Numbered from the stretch's first letter, positions 50,470 to 61,907 are shown. The stretch: DNA of 64,000 nt from Phaeosaccion multiseriatum (GCA_965112735.1 OZ218958.1:1178001-1242000); one strand, 5' to 3'. Translations and numbers: made by a program. The notes: generated by a model not told the origin, from the sequence alone.

Positions 50470-53400
50470 ATGGCAGAGAGAAGCTGGCACAGTGTGCTCA
50501 TGCAGCAGCAGCTCTCTGGCAAAGCTGCTTGGTACGGAAGGGGCAACCCAACCTATACCGCCACCACGCCTGCTCGGACTCGCCCCACTCCATGCGACTC
50601 TGTCGTCCGCAATTACCAGCAAGGGGGCATGAGCAGTAGCAGTCCATGGTCTGCACTCCACCGCGGCTCAGAGAGGTACCTTTCGCACACGTTGCAAGTG
50701 GTCAAGTCTCCCGGAGGCATGTTTACCCCGGGCCACTCCCCAGCTTTTAGCGTCCGATGGAGCACCATCGCCGGCAATGGAGGATACATTGCGTCCGCCA
50801 CGGAGAGTGGCTGCGTCTTCATTGTTGATGCAAGACGCTCTCTACTACCCTCAGAAGACCAAGAGGAGGGTGGTGGGGGACGTGGGGCTGGTGCTAGGCG
50901 TGGGGGAGGGAGTAGCATTCGTGGAGGTGGTGGTGGTGGTGGTGGTGGGGGTCGGGGGGGAGAGGAGCAGAAGTCTTCCCGGCCCTTCCTTCTATAGTCT
51001 CCCGATTTCAGGTGTGCAACAACTGCATCTTTGACGTGTCATGGACGGTGGGAGACTGCAACCTTGCGGCGAGTGTGGGAGACGGAATAGGGCGGATCGT
51101 CGACGTTACGCACATGACCACGGTATGCGAACTCAAGCAGCACAAGGGCAGCATGAGGGTGAGTGAGTGAGTGTGTGAGTGTGTGAGTGAGTGAGTGAGT
51201 GAGTGAGTGAGTGAGTGAGTGAGTGAGTGAGTGAGTGAGTGAGTGAGTGAGTGAGTGAGTGAGTGAGTGAGTGAGTGAGTGAGTGAGTGATTGAGTGAGG
51301 GAGGGAGTGAGGGAGTGAGTTTGAGTGATTGTGAGTGGCACACCCTCTTTGGGCTTCTTCCAGTGCTGCTTTTTGATTTCTTTGTAGTGCAAGGAGGGGA
51401 GGGGGGCTGCGCTCTTCTTCCGCTTCCCGATCCAGCTGGTTTGCGTCCGCGTCGTCGTCGTCGCCCTCTCTGACTCTCTCGCCCTCTCCTCCTCCTCCTC
51501 CTCCTCCTCCTCCTCCTCCTCCTCCTCCTCCTCCTCCTCCTCCTCCTCCTCCTCCTCCTCCTCCTCCTCCTCCTCCTCCTCCTCCTCCTCCTCCTCCTCC
51601 TCCTCTCCTCCTCCTCCTCCTCCTCCTCCTCCTCCTCCTCCTCCTCCTCCTCCTCCTCCTCCTCCTCCTCCTCCTCCTCCTCCTCCTCCTCCTCCTCCTT
51701 CTCTCCCTCCTCCTCCTCCTCCCCCTCCTCCTCCTCCTCCTCCTCTCCCTGCTGAAGTGCCTGGAGGCCTGTCCGGACCACCCTCACTTGCTGGCCAGCG
51801 CGTCGAGAGACGGCTCATGGGCGTTGTGGGACGTGCGTACGGTGGGCAGCGCCAAGAAAGGAATGGTACACAAGGTGGAGCGCGCACACTGGTAAGTGGT
51901 CATGTTGGTGCTTCTTGTGTACGTGGCCGTGTTGGTGCTTCATGTATGGTGGGTTCTTTGTAAGTGGTGAAGGTGATTGATCTCAGCTTCACTCATCATC
52001 TTGTACGCCCTGCATCCTCTTTCTCTTGTCTTTCTCTCTCTCTCTCCCCCCCTCTCTGTCTTCCTCTCTTCCCCCCCCCCCTCTCTCCCCCCATCCCCCC
52101 TCTCCCTCTCCCTCCTGTCTCTCTCTCTCTCTCTTTGGAATGGGTGGATCGCTGAACGCTCTGGCCAACGAAGGTACTTTGACGACAAAACCGAGTGGCA
52201 GAGGACACAGGAGCAGCTAGAGCTCCAGCTCGCAGCTTCCTCGTCCTCCTCCTCGTCCTCCTCCTTCTCCTCCTCTGTTCCCTCTTCCGCCACCGCGCTG
52301 CCCGCCCTCCAGCGACCACTCAAGAGGCAGAGGAAGGGCAGTGGCAGCAGGAACTCGGCAGGCGTGCAACCATGGGACCCTAAACACAACGTCACAAGTC
52401 TCAGCTGGCTGCCAGGCGGGAAGTGCTTCCTCACCGGGGGCAGCGATGGGCGCGTGAGGAGATGGGACCTGCGATACAATTCTTCCGCAGCTTCTTCTTC
52501 TGCCAAGGGGAGAGCCTCCTCTATGGGTGGGCGGCGGAGGGGGCGAGCAGCAGTGGGGATGGGGGTAGGAGGGGGTGGTATGCACAGTAGTGGTAGTACC
52601 ACAAGTAGTAGCAGCAGCGGGGGCAAAAAGATGGCAGCAGAAGGGGCGGTGGAGGAGTACGCGGTGGACGAGTTGGTGGTGGCGGAGTGTCTCGGAGGTG
52701 GTGGTCGCCAGCGGGGGGTGAGCAGCATCCACATTGGAGGGGAACACAACAGTCTGGTGACGGTTTCGTTTGTCAATAGCTACGTTGAGCTGTACTCCCT
52801 GACCGGGGTGGGGGAGCTACGTCCGCTGGCTCGGTACTACGGCAACGGTAGCAAGGGGTGCAACTTTTACTCCCGCACCTGCCTCAGTCCCGATGGCACG
52901 CACATCCTCAGTAGTGGGGCGCAAGAAGACACGGCTTATCTGTGGGAGGTGAGCAGTACCGACGGCCTACCCTGCGCTAGAGTACGAGGGCATTTGGCCG
53001 AGGTGACAGGAGTAGATTGGTGCACAAGTCATCCCAACGCCTTTGCCACGAGTGCCGATGACGAGACCATTCGCGTGTGGCGTGCGGGAGAGGGACGGGT
53101 AGGGGAGGAGGAGGAGGAGGAGGAGGAGGGAGAAGAGGCGTGTCCCGACGTTTCGGGAGGGGTGACGGTTTCGGCTTTGGGGGTGGGGGTAGTAGCACCA
53201 GGGGTGAGTAGAGGAGGCGTGATGGAGGAGGATAGCATGGGCCGCAGCATTGGCAGCAGCAGGCGCAGGAGCATTGGTGGGGGGCAGGAGAGCCGGGCAT
53301 GGGTGCACGGCATCACGGGCAGTGAGGGGTTCCGCTTCCCGCCCGGGGTGGGGCCGTGGAAGCGAGGACGCTTCAAACCGGGCTATGTGGAGAAGCGGAG

Positions 53401-53740
53401 GGTTCCTCCTTCTCGTGCCAGTGCAAAGGCAGGCAGCAGTAGCAGTGGGGGCAGCAGTAGCAGTGGGGGCAGCATGTGTGGCAACCCCACAGGGAGGGGG
53501 AGGAGGAGGGGCAGCGGCCGTTTGAGTTTGAGTTTGAGTTTGAGTGAGGAAGGCCGTCCCGCCGCCGGAGCCGGAGCAGTCCACGGTGTTGCTCTTGGGG
53601 CTGAGGGGAGGAACGTGACGGCCCCGTGCCCGTTTGAAGGAGAGCAACTGGCCCCGCCCTTGGGCAGGCCTCTGACAGGTAGAAAGCAACAGCGTACACT
53701 TATGGAGATTTGGAAACCGGCGCCCGGCCCCTCCTTTTGA
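50470..53740 (+). CDS. DTL: CDT2/Denticleless-like WD40 protein (CRL4 substrate receptor). Exons approx 50470-51158 (one apparent frameshift near 50954-50960), 51758-51891, 52174-53740
   Basis: WD40 blocks in CDT2 order: IASATESGCVFIVD, NNCIFDVSW, HKGSMRCL, PHLLASASRDGSWALWDVR...AH, VTSL...FLTGGSDGRVRRWDLR, RGVSSI, NFYSRTCLSPDGTHILSS, GHLAEVTGVDW...FATSADDETIRVWR. C-terminal PIP-box-like QRTLMEIW (53690-53713). Confidence 0.82.
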
Positions 53741-54102
53741 GGGCTGGAGAAGGGGAGGGCGATAACACCATGAAGCAATGAGAGGAAGTTTTGGTGTTTT
53801 ATTCATGTGTGTTGATCCCAAACGACCCAAACGACCCAAACGACCAAAAAAATAAAAGGGGGAGGAGGAGCGCCTCCGTCCCTCCTTCACTCGCTACCTT
53901 CACAAGTGGCGCCTTCGCTCCACTAGGGCCTGCTGTAGTGTCGGGAGAGGCTCCCCGCCCAAGCAGAAGCTCGACGACGTCTCCCCTCCCACAACGCGCC
54001 GCCAGGATAATAATAGCGGGATCACCGTCCCCGTTGTTGACATAAAAATCGCTGAGGCAGTTGATGCACAGTTAAAGGTCAAAGAGGAGGACGACGCCAG
54101 CG

Positions 54103-56094
54103 ATGGATGAAGAGGCACATGTGCCAGCAGCAGCGGTTGGGAGGGGGCTGCTGCTGCGGTCGGACAGGGTTTCGATGAGTCGACGGCGCCCTCGGCCCAG
54201 CAAGAGCGTGCTCGGGGAGGAAGAGGAACGGCACGAAGAGGAGCAGGGCGACGGAGGAAGGTTCTTTCGTGATGATGACCCCTCGAGGCTGCTGTGGCGG
54301 GAGGCTGGCAGGGTGGCGGGGGAAGCCGTCATCGACCCTTCCAGGCACCTGTTGGGGCTGAACAAGGATGCCGTTTCTGCGGCAAGAGGGGCGGCAGACG
54401 GGACGGGAAGACTCTTTTCGGCCTTTCGGGAGAGGCGAAGAGAAGTGGAGGCGATGAAGGAGCGAAGGACGAGGGTGCAGAGAGAGGAGGGCCACCGAAA
54501 CAATGCGGAGAGGCTGCGTGCCATGCTGCTGAGGGCAGAGAGGGCCACGCTGTCGGCCGCCGCAGCAGTCTCCCAGCCGCATTCCCAGTACATATTGCAG
54601 CAGCAACAACACCAGGATCAGCAGCAAGACGCCTATGGAGGAGGTGAGCTTGCGCTCTTGCAGCTGGGGCGAGGAGCTGGGCTGGCAGTGACGCCTCTGG
54701 TGGGCGCGGTGGACTTTACCTACCACGCCTCGGAGCAGGGCAGCCGGAGCAGCGGGAGCAGCGGCGGCAGCAGTAGCTCGGGGGGGATTTCTGAGTGGGA
54801 GGATTGCGACTCTGAAGACGGGAACGACGACTTTGACTTTGAAGCGGCCATCACGGCGTATCAGCTGGATGGGGTGTTGGAGGGAGGAAGCAGCAGCGAG
54901 AGTTGCCGCAGCCCTCCGAGTAGCGACAGCAGCAGCGGCAGCCGCGATAGGCGGAGGAGGACGACGGCAGCCTTGAAGAAGCAAGATGATGCCGCGGAGA
55001 AGGGCGTACAGACGAGTCTAGACCCTACGGTTGGTGGTGAGGAGGGAGAGCTGCTGCGTGAGTTGCAGGCCCTCAGGCACCAGTTGAAAGCGAGCCAGCA
55101 GCAGCAGAAGCACCAGCAGGAAGAGGCTGCACGGAGGCAGGCGTTTCAGCGAAGTGTATCCGGTCGGGAAGAGCGAGAGCGGCGCATGCATGAGGACCAC
55201 GAACAGTGGTGGCTGGGCTGGCAAGAGGAGCGCCAGCAGCGCCAACAGCAGGAGTCCCACGATTTCGAAATGTTTCTGCTGGACCAGCAGAAGCTGCGAG
55301 TGGCCAGGAAGGTGCGTGCATGTGGCTGGCTTTGGTGTCTAATGTCTTTCTCATACGATGGACCGAAGGATGAACACCTCTTTGCTACGAACGAAGGAAG
55401 CAGAGAGCCAGAGACGGGGAGAGAGAGACAGAGAGAGACACACACACAGAGAGAGAGAGAGAGACAGAGAGATGGGGGACGGAGTAGAAGAGAGAACGGG
55501 AAGCTGATTCTGTGGGTTTGCGCGGATGACAAGCATCAACACCTCTCTTCTCTGGTTGCGGATGCTCTACCCCTCTCTCCTGCCCCCCCACCCAACCAGA
55601 ACAAGCAGGAGGAGCCACACCCACCAGACTGTGAGACAGACGAGGCCCGCTGGGACTCCTCCTCCGCAGAGCACGAGCTCTCCTCTGCCAGGGACCTGTT
55701 GGACCGCATCGAGCGGGAGCTGCAGCAGCAACTGATGGCAGTCGAGAGGGTCCCCACCCCTCCTCCTGCCGACGCTGCTGCCGCTACTGTCTCTCGAGCC
55801 CCCCCCCTGGTCTTGGCCGACAGAGACAAGGGCGTGCCCACCAAGCTGGCTTGCGTGGACATGGGGCAGGCTTCCAAAATGGTCCGCATCAAGGAGGTGG
55901 CAGCAGCCCGTCGAAGGGGGCACCGAGGAGGCTTCGGTTCGAGCAGCAGCAGCAGTCCACGGCCAGCAGCAGCACCAGCGGTTGACGGTACAGGCCGGAG
56001 TACCCCCCGTGGCCGCAGCGGCAGCGGCAGCTTGGTGCAGAGCTTGCAAGGAAGCCCCCACCACACCCTCCACCCCCCGTGGCGGGGAAGCTAA
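54103..56094 (+). CDS. Hypothetical low-complexity coiled-coil protein; probable intron 55312-55608
   Basis: Long ORF with coding-like composition. AAG|gtgcgt ... aagcag|GAG phase-0 intron containing a (GA)n tract. No family recognised. Confidence 0.6.
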   Translation: MDEEAHVPAAAVGRGLLLRSDRVSMSRRRPRPSKSVLGEEEERHEEEQGDGGRFFRDDDPSRLLWREAGRVAGEAVIDPSRHLLGLNKDAVSAARGAADGTGRLFSAFRERRREVEAMKERRTRVQREEGHRNNAERLRAMLLRAERATLSAAAAVSQPHSQYILQQQQHQDQQQDAYGGGELALLQLGRGAGLAVTPLVGAVDFTYHASEQGSRSSGSSGGSSSSGGISEWEDCDSEDGNDDFDFEAAITAYQLDGVLEGGSSSESCRSPPSSDSSSGSRDRRRRTTAALKKQDDAAEKGVQTSLDPTVGGEEGELLRELQALRHQLKASQQQQKHQQEEAARRQAFQRSVSGREERERRMHEDHEQWWLGWQEERQQRQQQESHDFEMFLLDQQKLRVARKVRACGWLWCLMSFSYDGPKDEHLFATNEGSREPETGRERQRETHTQRERERQRDGGRSRRENGKLILWVCADDKHQHLSSLVADALPLSPAPPPNQNKQEEPHPPDCETDEARWDSSSAEHELSSARDLLDRIERELQQQLMAVERVPTPPPADAAAATVSRAPPLVLADRDKGVPTKLACVDMGQASKMVRIKEVAAARRRGHRGGFGSSSSSSPRPAAAPAVDGTGRSTPRGRSGSGSLVQSLQGSPHHTLHPPWRGS

Positions 56095-56411
56095 GCTGAA
56101 TGAGCACACACGTGTGTGGGGTTGTACAGTGTGAGTCGGGAGCTTAAGAGGGGGGGGTTGGTGCGGCTTCTGGAGCCTGCTGGAAAGAGTGGAGCGAGGG
56201 TACGGTGACAGATACACTGGCGCTGGGGGGGGCGGAGGGGTTGGCTCGGGATCGGACTGAGGCAGAACCTCCCCCCTGTTGTTCCACGCCGTCTATCACT
56301 TTGCTTCAGGGGAAGTGGTGAACAGGGGTTCTTTCGGTCTTTCGACGAAAAAGGATTTGATGGCTTTAGATTTGGTATATTTTCCCACACTTTGTGAACA
56401 TGTCGGAGTAA

Positions 56412-56484
56412 CGCCGTGTGGCGCAGAGGTTAGCGCGTAAGGCTCATAACCTTAAGGTCGGAGGATCGAAACTTCCCACGGCAC
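56412..56484 (+). tRNA. trnM: tRNA-Met(CAT), initiator-type T-loop, atypical 1:72 pair
   Basis: Cloverleaf: acceptor (C)GCCGTG/CACGGC(A), D stem GCGC/GCGC, anticodon stem TAAGG-CTCATAA-CCTTA, T arm GGAGG-ATCGAAA-CTTCC (A54/A60 as in eukaryotic initiators). T7 tract follows. Confidence 0.88.
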
Positions 56485-56490
56485 GAAATC

Positions 56491-56497
56491 TTTTTTT
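56491..56497 (+). terminator. RNA polymerase III terminator (T7) of the tRNA gene
   Basis: TTTTTTT 7 nt downstream of the tRNA 3' end. Confidence 0.75.
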
Positions 56498-56936
56498 CCA
56501 TTGACATGGAACGCCCCACTTTTTTTCTTTTTAAATTCTCATCCTGTCGTCTCCACTCCGGGCAGCACAGAAGGGCCGCGCAGCCTCCGCCGCACCTCAA
56601 CGCGACTCCTCATAAGATCGATGAGGGAAAGGGAAGGGAAAGGAAGGAAAGTTACACGTGAAGTGGTTGCGTTGGTGCGCTACCGCAAAATCACAACTGG
56701 CAGTCATGAATCATTTCCCTTTTCCCTCCTTCTTTTTTTGTTTACATCCTTCACGACCTCCTTGTAGCACCTCTTTTGCTGTCCTCGTTGGGTTGCACCG
56801 GATTCCTGCTCACTCTCTGGTGTGTGCTCTGGTGGCTTTTGAGTGCTGGGGGCAGTGCCCCCTTCCCTGCCTTTCCCCGACCGGAGGCGAGGGTCAACAT
56901 CGTTGAGGGGGCTCCGGGCGCTGCTTTGAGAGGAGT

Positions 56937-59900
56937 ATGGCTCTCGTGGATGCCGACGCGCTGACAGTGGCTGTGGAGCGAAGCCTGTTTGGGCCTCAGG
57001 TGCGTCTGTGAAGTGCTTCCGCTCTCTCAGGGAAAGACCTTTGGAAGACTGCAAATTGCTTGTCTCTCTTGCTTCGCGCAGTCAGAGTCGGCCCATCCAC
57101 AGCAGCCAAGCTGTGTGCTCCCGCTCACTTGTCTCAACCTCTTCCCTTCCCTTCTTCTGCCCAGGGTCGACGCTGGATAGAGCGAAAGCTGCCTGAGGTG
57201 GTCATCAATTGCGCCTTCATCGGAGCCAGCGCCTTTGGCTCGTGCCTCTTCATGATGAACGTAGAGAGCGACTACCGCAAGGAGGGCTTCAACGGCATCA
57301 TTCATCTCCCCAAGGTGTGATACAAGCACAGTCTCATCTCCCGAGAAGAACGACAAAGAAAGTCTGTCCTCCGTCATGACCTTCACACACCTGCGTGCGT
57401 CCTCTCCTCCCCCTGTATGTTCCCCGTACGAGCAGCACTTGGCCCTCGCCGCTATCCTCGGGACGTCGGCGCTGGTGAGTTGTGAGTTATTTGCGGGGGC
57501 GTTGCAAGTCGTATTTTTCTTAGAGTGTGCACCGCTGCCGCAGAGGAAAGGAAAGGCACCAACACGCTTGAAGAGTTTGGGGGGCGTCATACACACGCAG
57601 CGCTCGGCAGAAAATAACTTGTACACATATATATGTATTGTCAATAACAAGCCTTGTCGCAGCCGAATAGCTTCGTACTCTCAGGTGTCAGCGGCGCTGC
57701 CCCCCCCCCCTCTGCCCTCTGCCCTCGACTCTTGCTCCTGCTCTCCTGTTCGCCCCCTCTCTCCCCCACTCCCTTCCCCCCTCCTTCCGTCTCTTCCTCC
57801 CTTCCTCCCCCCCTCCGTCCGTCTCTCCCTTACTCCGTCTCTCCCTCCCTCCCTCCCCTTCCTCCCTCCCTCCCGCTCTCCCTCCCTCCCTCCCTCCCTG
57901 TCAGGTGCTACGCTATTACGTGACGCGTGTCGTGTCCACCTCCTACGGGTATGATGAACACTTGTTCGGAGGAGCGCAGAACATTTTCCACCACACCCCC
58001 GGTAAGAGACCACCGAGCCTCTCCTCTCCCTCTCCCTTCCCTCTCTCTGTCTATCTGAGAACGAGATTCTCTTCTCTCTTCCCTCTACTCTCTCTGTCTC
58101 TCCTCTCTCTCTCTCTCTCGTGTCCCTCCCCCTCCCTACCTGCTCTCTCTCTTCTCTCTCTGTTCCCTGTCGCTGCTCTCTGCTGTCTCCTCTCTCCTCT
58201 CTCTCTATTCTCTCTCGCTGCTCTCGCTCTCGTGTCTCTATCCATCTCTCTGTTACCTTTCTCTCGTCTCTCTTCTCTCTCTTCCCTCTCTCTCCTCCCT
58301 TCGCTCTCTTCCCTCTCTTCCATCTCTCTCTCGCCTATCTCTCTCCCTCCCTACCTCTCCCTTTCGCTCTCGCTCTCTCTCTCTCTTTCCAATCACCCCA
58401 CCCCACCTCAAGGGGGGGGCTCTCCCAATGCCTCCCTCCCCTCCCCAAGGAATGATCGAACTTCATGCTCGTCGTACTCGTGCCTACTTCCCTCCTTGGC
58501 ATCATTAGCGCAATGCCTGTGTTTTTACTCTTACCCCCTCTTACCCCCTCTTACTGTGTACACCTTGTGGCGCGCCGCCCGTAACGGAACGTAACGGAAC
58601 GTAACGGAAACGAAACGCTCAGGCGCGGACGGGGGGGGGGAGGCAGTGCTGTGGCCGTGGGAGATTTCGACCAGACACAAGCGGGGCGGCAGCATCTTCG
58701 GTCCTCTGAAGGATGGAGCAGGAGGAGGAGGAGGAGGGGGAGGAGGAGGAGGAGGAGGAGGAGAGAAAGGAGACAGAGGAGCATCTGATATGGATGAGGA
58801 TGGCAGTGAACTCGGCTCCATGGTACTGGCGTCCGAAGGTGTGTGTGTGTGCGTGTGTGTGTGTGTGTGTGTGCGCGCGCGCGTGTATGTGTGTGTGTGC
58901 ATGTGTTTTGTGTCTGTGTGCGTGTGCATGTGCGTGCACATTGTGCATGGCCAGACATGGAAAGCGGATCCGGTCAGCAGGCCTGCCTCTCCACGTCTAC
59001 CCTTACCATTTCCCTCCAAGGACCAAATGCAGGGGGGTACACAGAAGGGTTCCATCTCCCCCACCCCCTCCCCCACTTGCCCCTCCGCCCAACTCACCAA
59101 ACGCTTGTCTACGTCTACCCTCCCCCCCCCCCCACCACCACCACCCGCCCTGTGCGTCGCCCTCTCCCGCTTGTCTTTCCGTTTCGTCTCCGGCTGTACC
59201 CGAAGGTGTTGCATCGCCGCCGAGGTCCGCGTCCTCCTCCCGTGCAGAGCGGGCAGCTTCGGGCGGCCGTGCGTCCGAGTATTGGTCTCAAAACGACGAA
59301 GCAAGCAGCAGCGGTGGCGCTCCTTTCGGGGGTGATCGGGATCAGTTGTCTCCTCTGCCTCCTCAACTCAACGAGCCAAGCCCAAGCAGGCCACGGCGTC
59401 ACTCGTCAGGAACGCAAGTTGGTGATACAGCAGCAGCTGGTGACGGAGCAGAAGCACCAATGGGCGGAGGCGACGGAGGAGGCGTGGAGCAGGGAGGAGG
59501 GGGGGGAGGAGGGGAAGGTGCAGAGGTAGCAGACATAGCCATCATCGAAGAGAGTCGACGGGGCTCTCGCAATCCGCTCAGGTGTGTCGAGGGACCCGGG
59601 GGGGGAGGAGGGGGAGGGAGGAGGGGGAGGAGGAGGAGGAGGAGGAGGAGAAGAGGAAGAAGAAGAAGGAGGAGAGGAGGAGAAGGAGGAGGAGGATTGG
59701 GGGGGGTACGAGGAGGAGGAGGAGGAGGAGGGGGAAGATTAGGGGGAGGAGAAGGAGCAAAAGCGCTCTCCTTACTTCTCCTTCACCCTCTCCCTCTCCC
59801 TCTTGGTCTCGTCACTTTTCCCTTGTGGCTTGCGTACGTTCACACCACAACAACCCTGCACCATTGGCTCATTCCCCAGGCGCGTGGGCAGGGGGCTCCG

Positions 59901-61449
59901 CAGCTTGAGCAGGCAAGGCAATGGCGGTGGCACAGGCAAAGCGCCCCCCATGGCCAGTGAGAATTACTTCCTTGAGGTGAGCAGCACGGAGGGATTGAAG
60001 CGCAGGGCGGAGGGGGGGGGGGGGGGGCATAGACGCAAAGAGGGACTGAGGCACAAGTTCAATCAGTGTGGGTGGGTGTGGGTGTGTATGTGGGCTTCTG
60101 TGTGTGTGCACATGCGCTTACTCGTGTGTGCAGGGCTTCGTTTCGCCCCCTTGGCATCTGTCTGACGTGCTCCCTCCCTCCCTCCCTCCCTCCCTCCCTC
60201 CCTCTCCTTTGCGACTCCTCCTCTTTAACTCCCGCTCTCCTTCTCTCGCCCTCCCTCTCTATCTCTTCCTCTCCCTCTCTCCTTTTTCCTGTCAGGACTC
60301 GTTCCCTGAGCTGTTCAATTCTCAGTTCTTCATCAAGCTTGTGGACGAGGACGCATGGCTCTTCGTGGAGGATGAGCTGCTACAGCCGGTCAGTCAGTCA
60401 GTCAGGAGGAAGGAAGGGGAGGAGGGAGGAAGGGAGGGACGAACGGACGGAGGGAGGAGGCGGACTGACTGACTGACTGACTGACTGACTGACTGACTGA
60501 CTGACTGACTGTATCATTGATCCTGTTCTTCCTTCCTTCCTCCCTCCCTCCCTCCCTCCCTCCCTCCCTCCCACCCACCGTCCCTCCCTTCCTTGCTCCC
60601 TTCCTCGCTCCCTTCCTTGCTCCCTCTCTCCCTCCCTCCCTTCCTTCCTTCCTTCCTTCCTTCCTTCCTTCCTTCCTTCCTCCCCACCCTCCCTTCCCCC
60701 TCCACTCCTGTGCCTTCCTCCCTCCGTCCCTCCCTCCGTCTTCCCACCCCTCAGCCCTGGGGCTGGGCCATGAATCTCTTCTACAGGGGCTACAAGGTGG
60801 TGGCAAGGTCCCCGGGGGAGGTCCGCAGATGTGACTACTCGAGGATGCTTTGGACCATGCACCACGGACAAGCGTGAGTACACACACACGCGTACATATA
60901 CATATATACACACAGGGAGCATACCCATACACACATGCACATGCACATGCACACACATACACACATGCACACACATGCACATGCACACAGGCACACATAT
61001 TGCACACACATGCATATGCACACACACATGCCAACACCAGGGAACAAAGCAGCGGAACACGCTACCCTCCCCCACACCCAATTGCTGTCATTACTGCTGC
61101 TGTTGTCCTGTTGTTGGTGTTGCTGTGTGTCCGTGCCCTCACCTTACCTTCCTCTTTATCGCATTTACATAGGCGTGGATACGCTCGTCTCCGCTCCCAA
61201 GGGTCCGACAGCTACCTCTTCTTCTTGGGCCTCAAGCGACCCCCAACCTGGTGCAGTTGGGACAAGGACGTGGCTGGGGGCGACTGGGAAGACCTCAAGA
61301 TTATCTTCTGTACCGACCCTGCAGATATTGGCAAGGTGGTGTTCTATCAGAGGGTCAATCGGGGTTACGTGACCTTCACAGGGTCGAGGTTCATCCCTCA
61401 ACCGTTGCGCGAACGAGCCACGAAGTTTTTGCTGCAGAGAGTGCCGTGA
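56937..61449 (+). CDS. Uncharacterised protein (~583 aa) with two N-terminal hydrophobic segments, a disordered middle and an aromatic-rich C-terminal domain. Exons 56937-56999, 57165-57314, 57436-57474, 57905-58001, 58623-58838, 58981-59581, 59880-59976, 60296-60388, 60755-60873, 61173-61449
   Basis: All nine introns are GT-AG with matching phases (0,0,0,1,1,2,0,0,2), giving an unbroken frame from MALVDADALTVAVERSLFGPQ to ...RATKFLLQRVP*. The exon 6 acceptor is less certain. Confidence 0.72.
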
Positions 61450-61635
61450 GATGGAGGAAGAGGAGGAGGAGGAGGAGAGGCGCAGGAGGAGGAGAGGAGG
61501 GGAGGGGGGAGGGAGGGGAAGGGAGAGGAGGGGAAGGGAGGGGAAGGGAGGGAAGGGTGGGGAGGAGAGGAGAGGAGACTCCCTCTCTCTCTCCGCTGGA
61601 TGGGCACCTACGCGCATGGCAATGGGAAGGCATTC

Positions 61636-61907
61636 GCTGGCTCTTATCTGCTTCATCCAATTAATCATTGGCTGGCTCTTACCTGCTTCATCCAATTATG
61701 ATATTGCTCTTATCTGCTTCATCCAATTAATCATTGGCTGGCTCTTACCTGCTTCATCCAATTAATCATTGGCTGTGGGTCTTATCTGCTTCATCCAATT
61801 AATCATTGGCTGGCTCTTACCTGCTTCATCCAATTAATCATTGGCTGTGGGTCTTATCTGCTTCATCCAATTAATCATTGGCTGGCTCTTACCTGCTTCA
61901 TCCAATT
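61636..61907. repeat. 35-37-bp AT-rich minisatellite, ~8 copies, alternating variants, between convergent genes
   Basis: Unit GCTGGCTCTTA[T/C]CTGCTTCATCCAATTAATCATTG. T and C variants alternate. Confidence 0.93.

Noticed and set aside
58940-59980. Suspected homopolymer frameshifts in the 56937-61449 gene
   Set aside because: An acceptor at 58980 and intron 59582-59879 give a continuous frame without any indel.
18344-61907. CRISPR-like appearance of the 42-bp, 35/38-bp and 35-37-bp arrays
   Set aside because: Units are head-to-tail with no unique spacers, there are no cas genes, and the context is an intron-rich eukaryotic genome. These are minisatellites.
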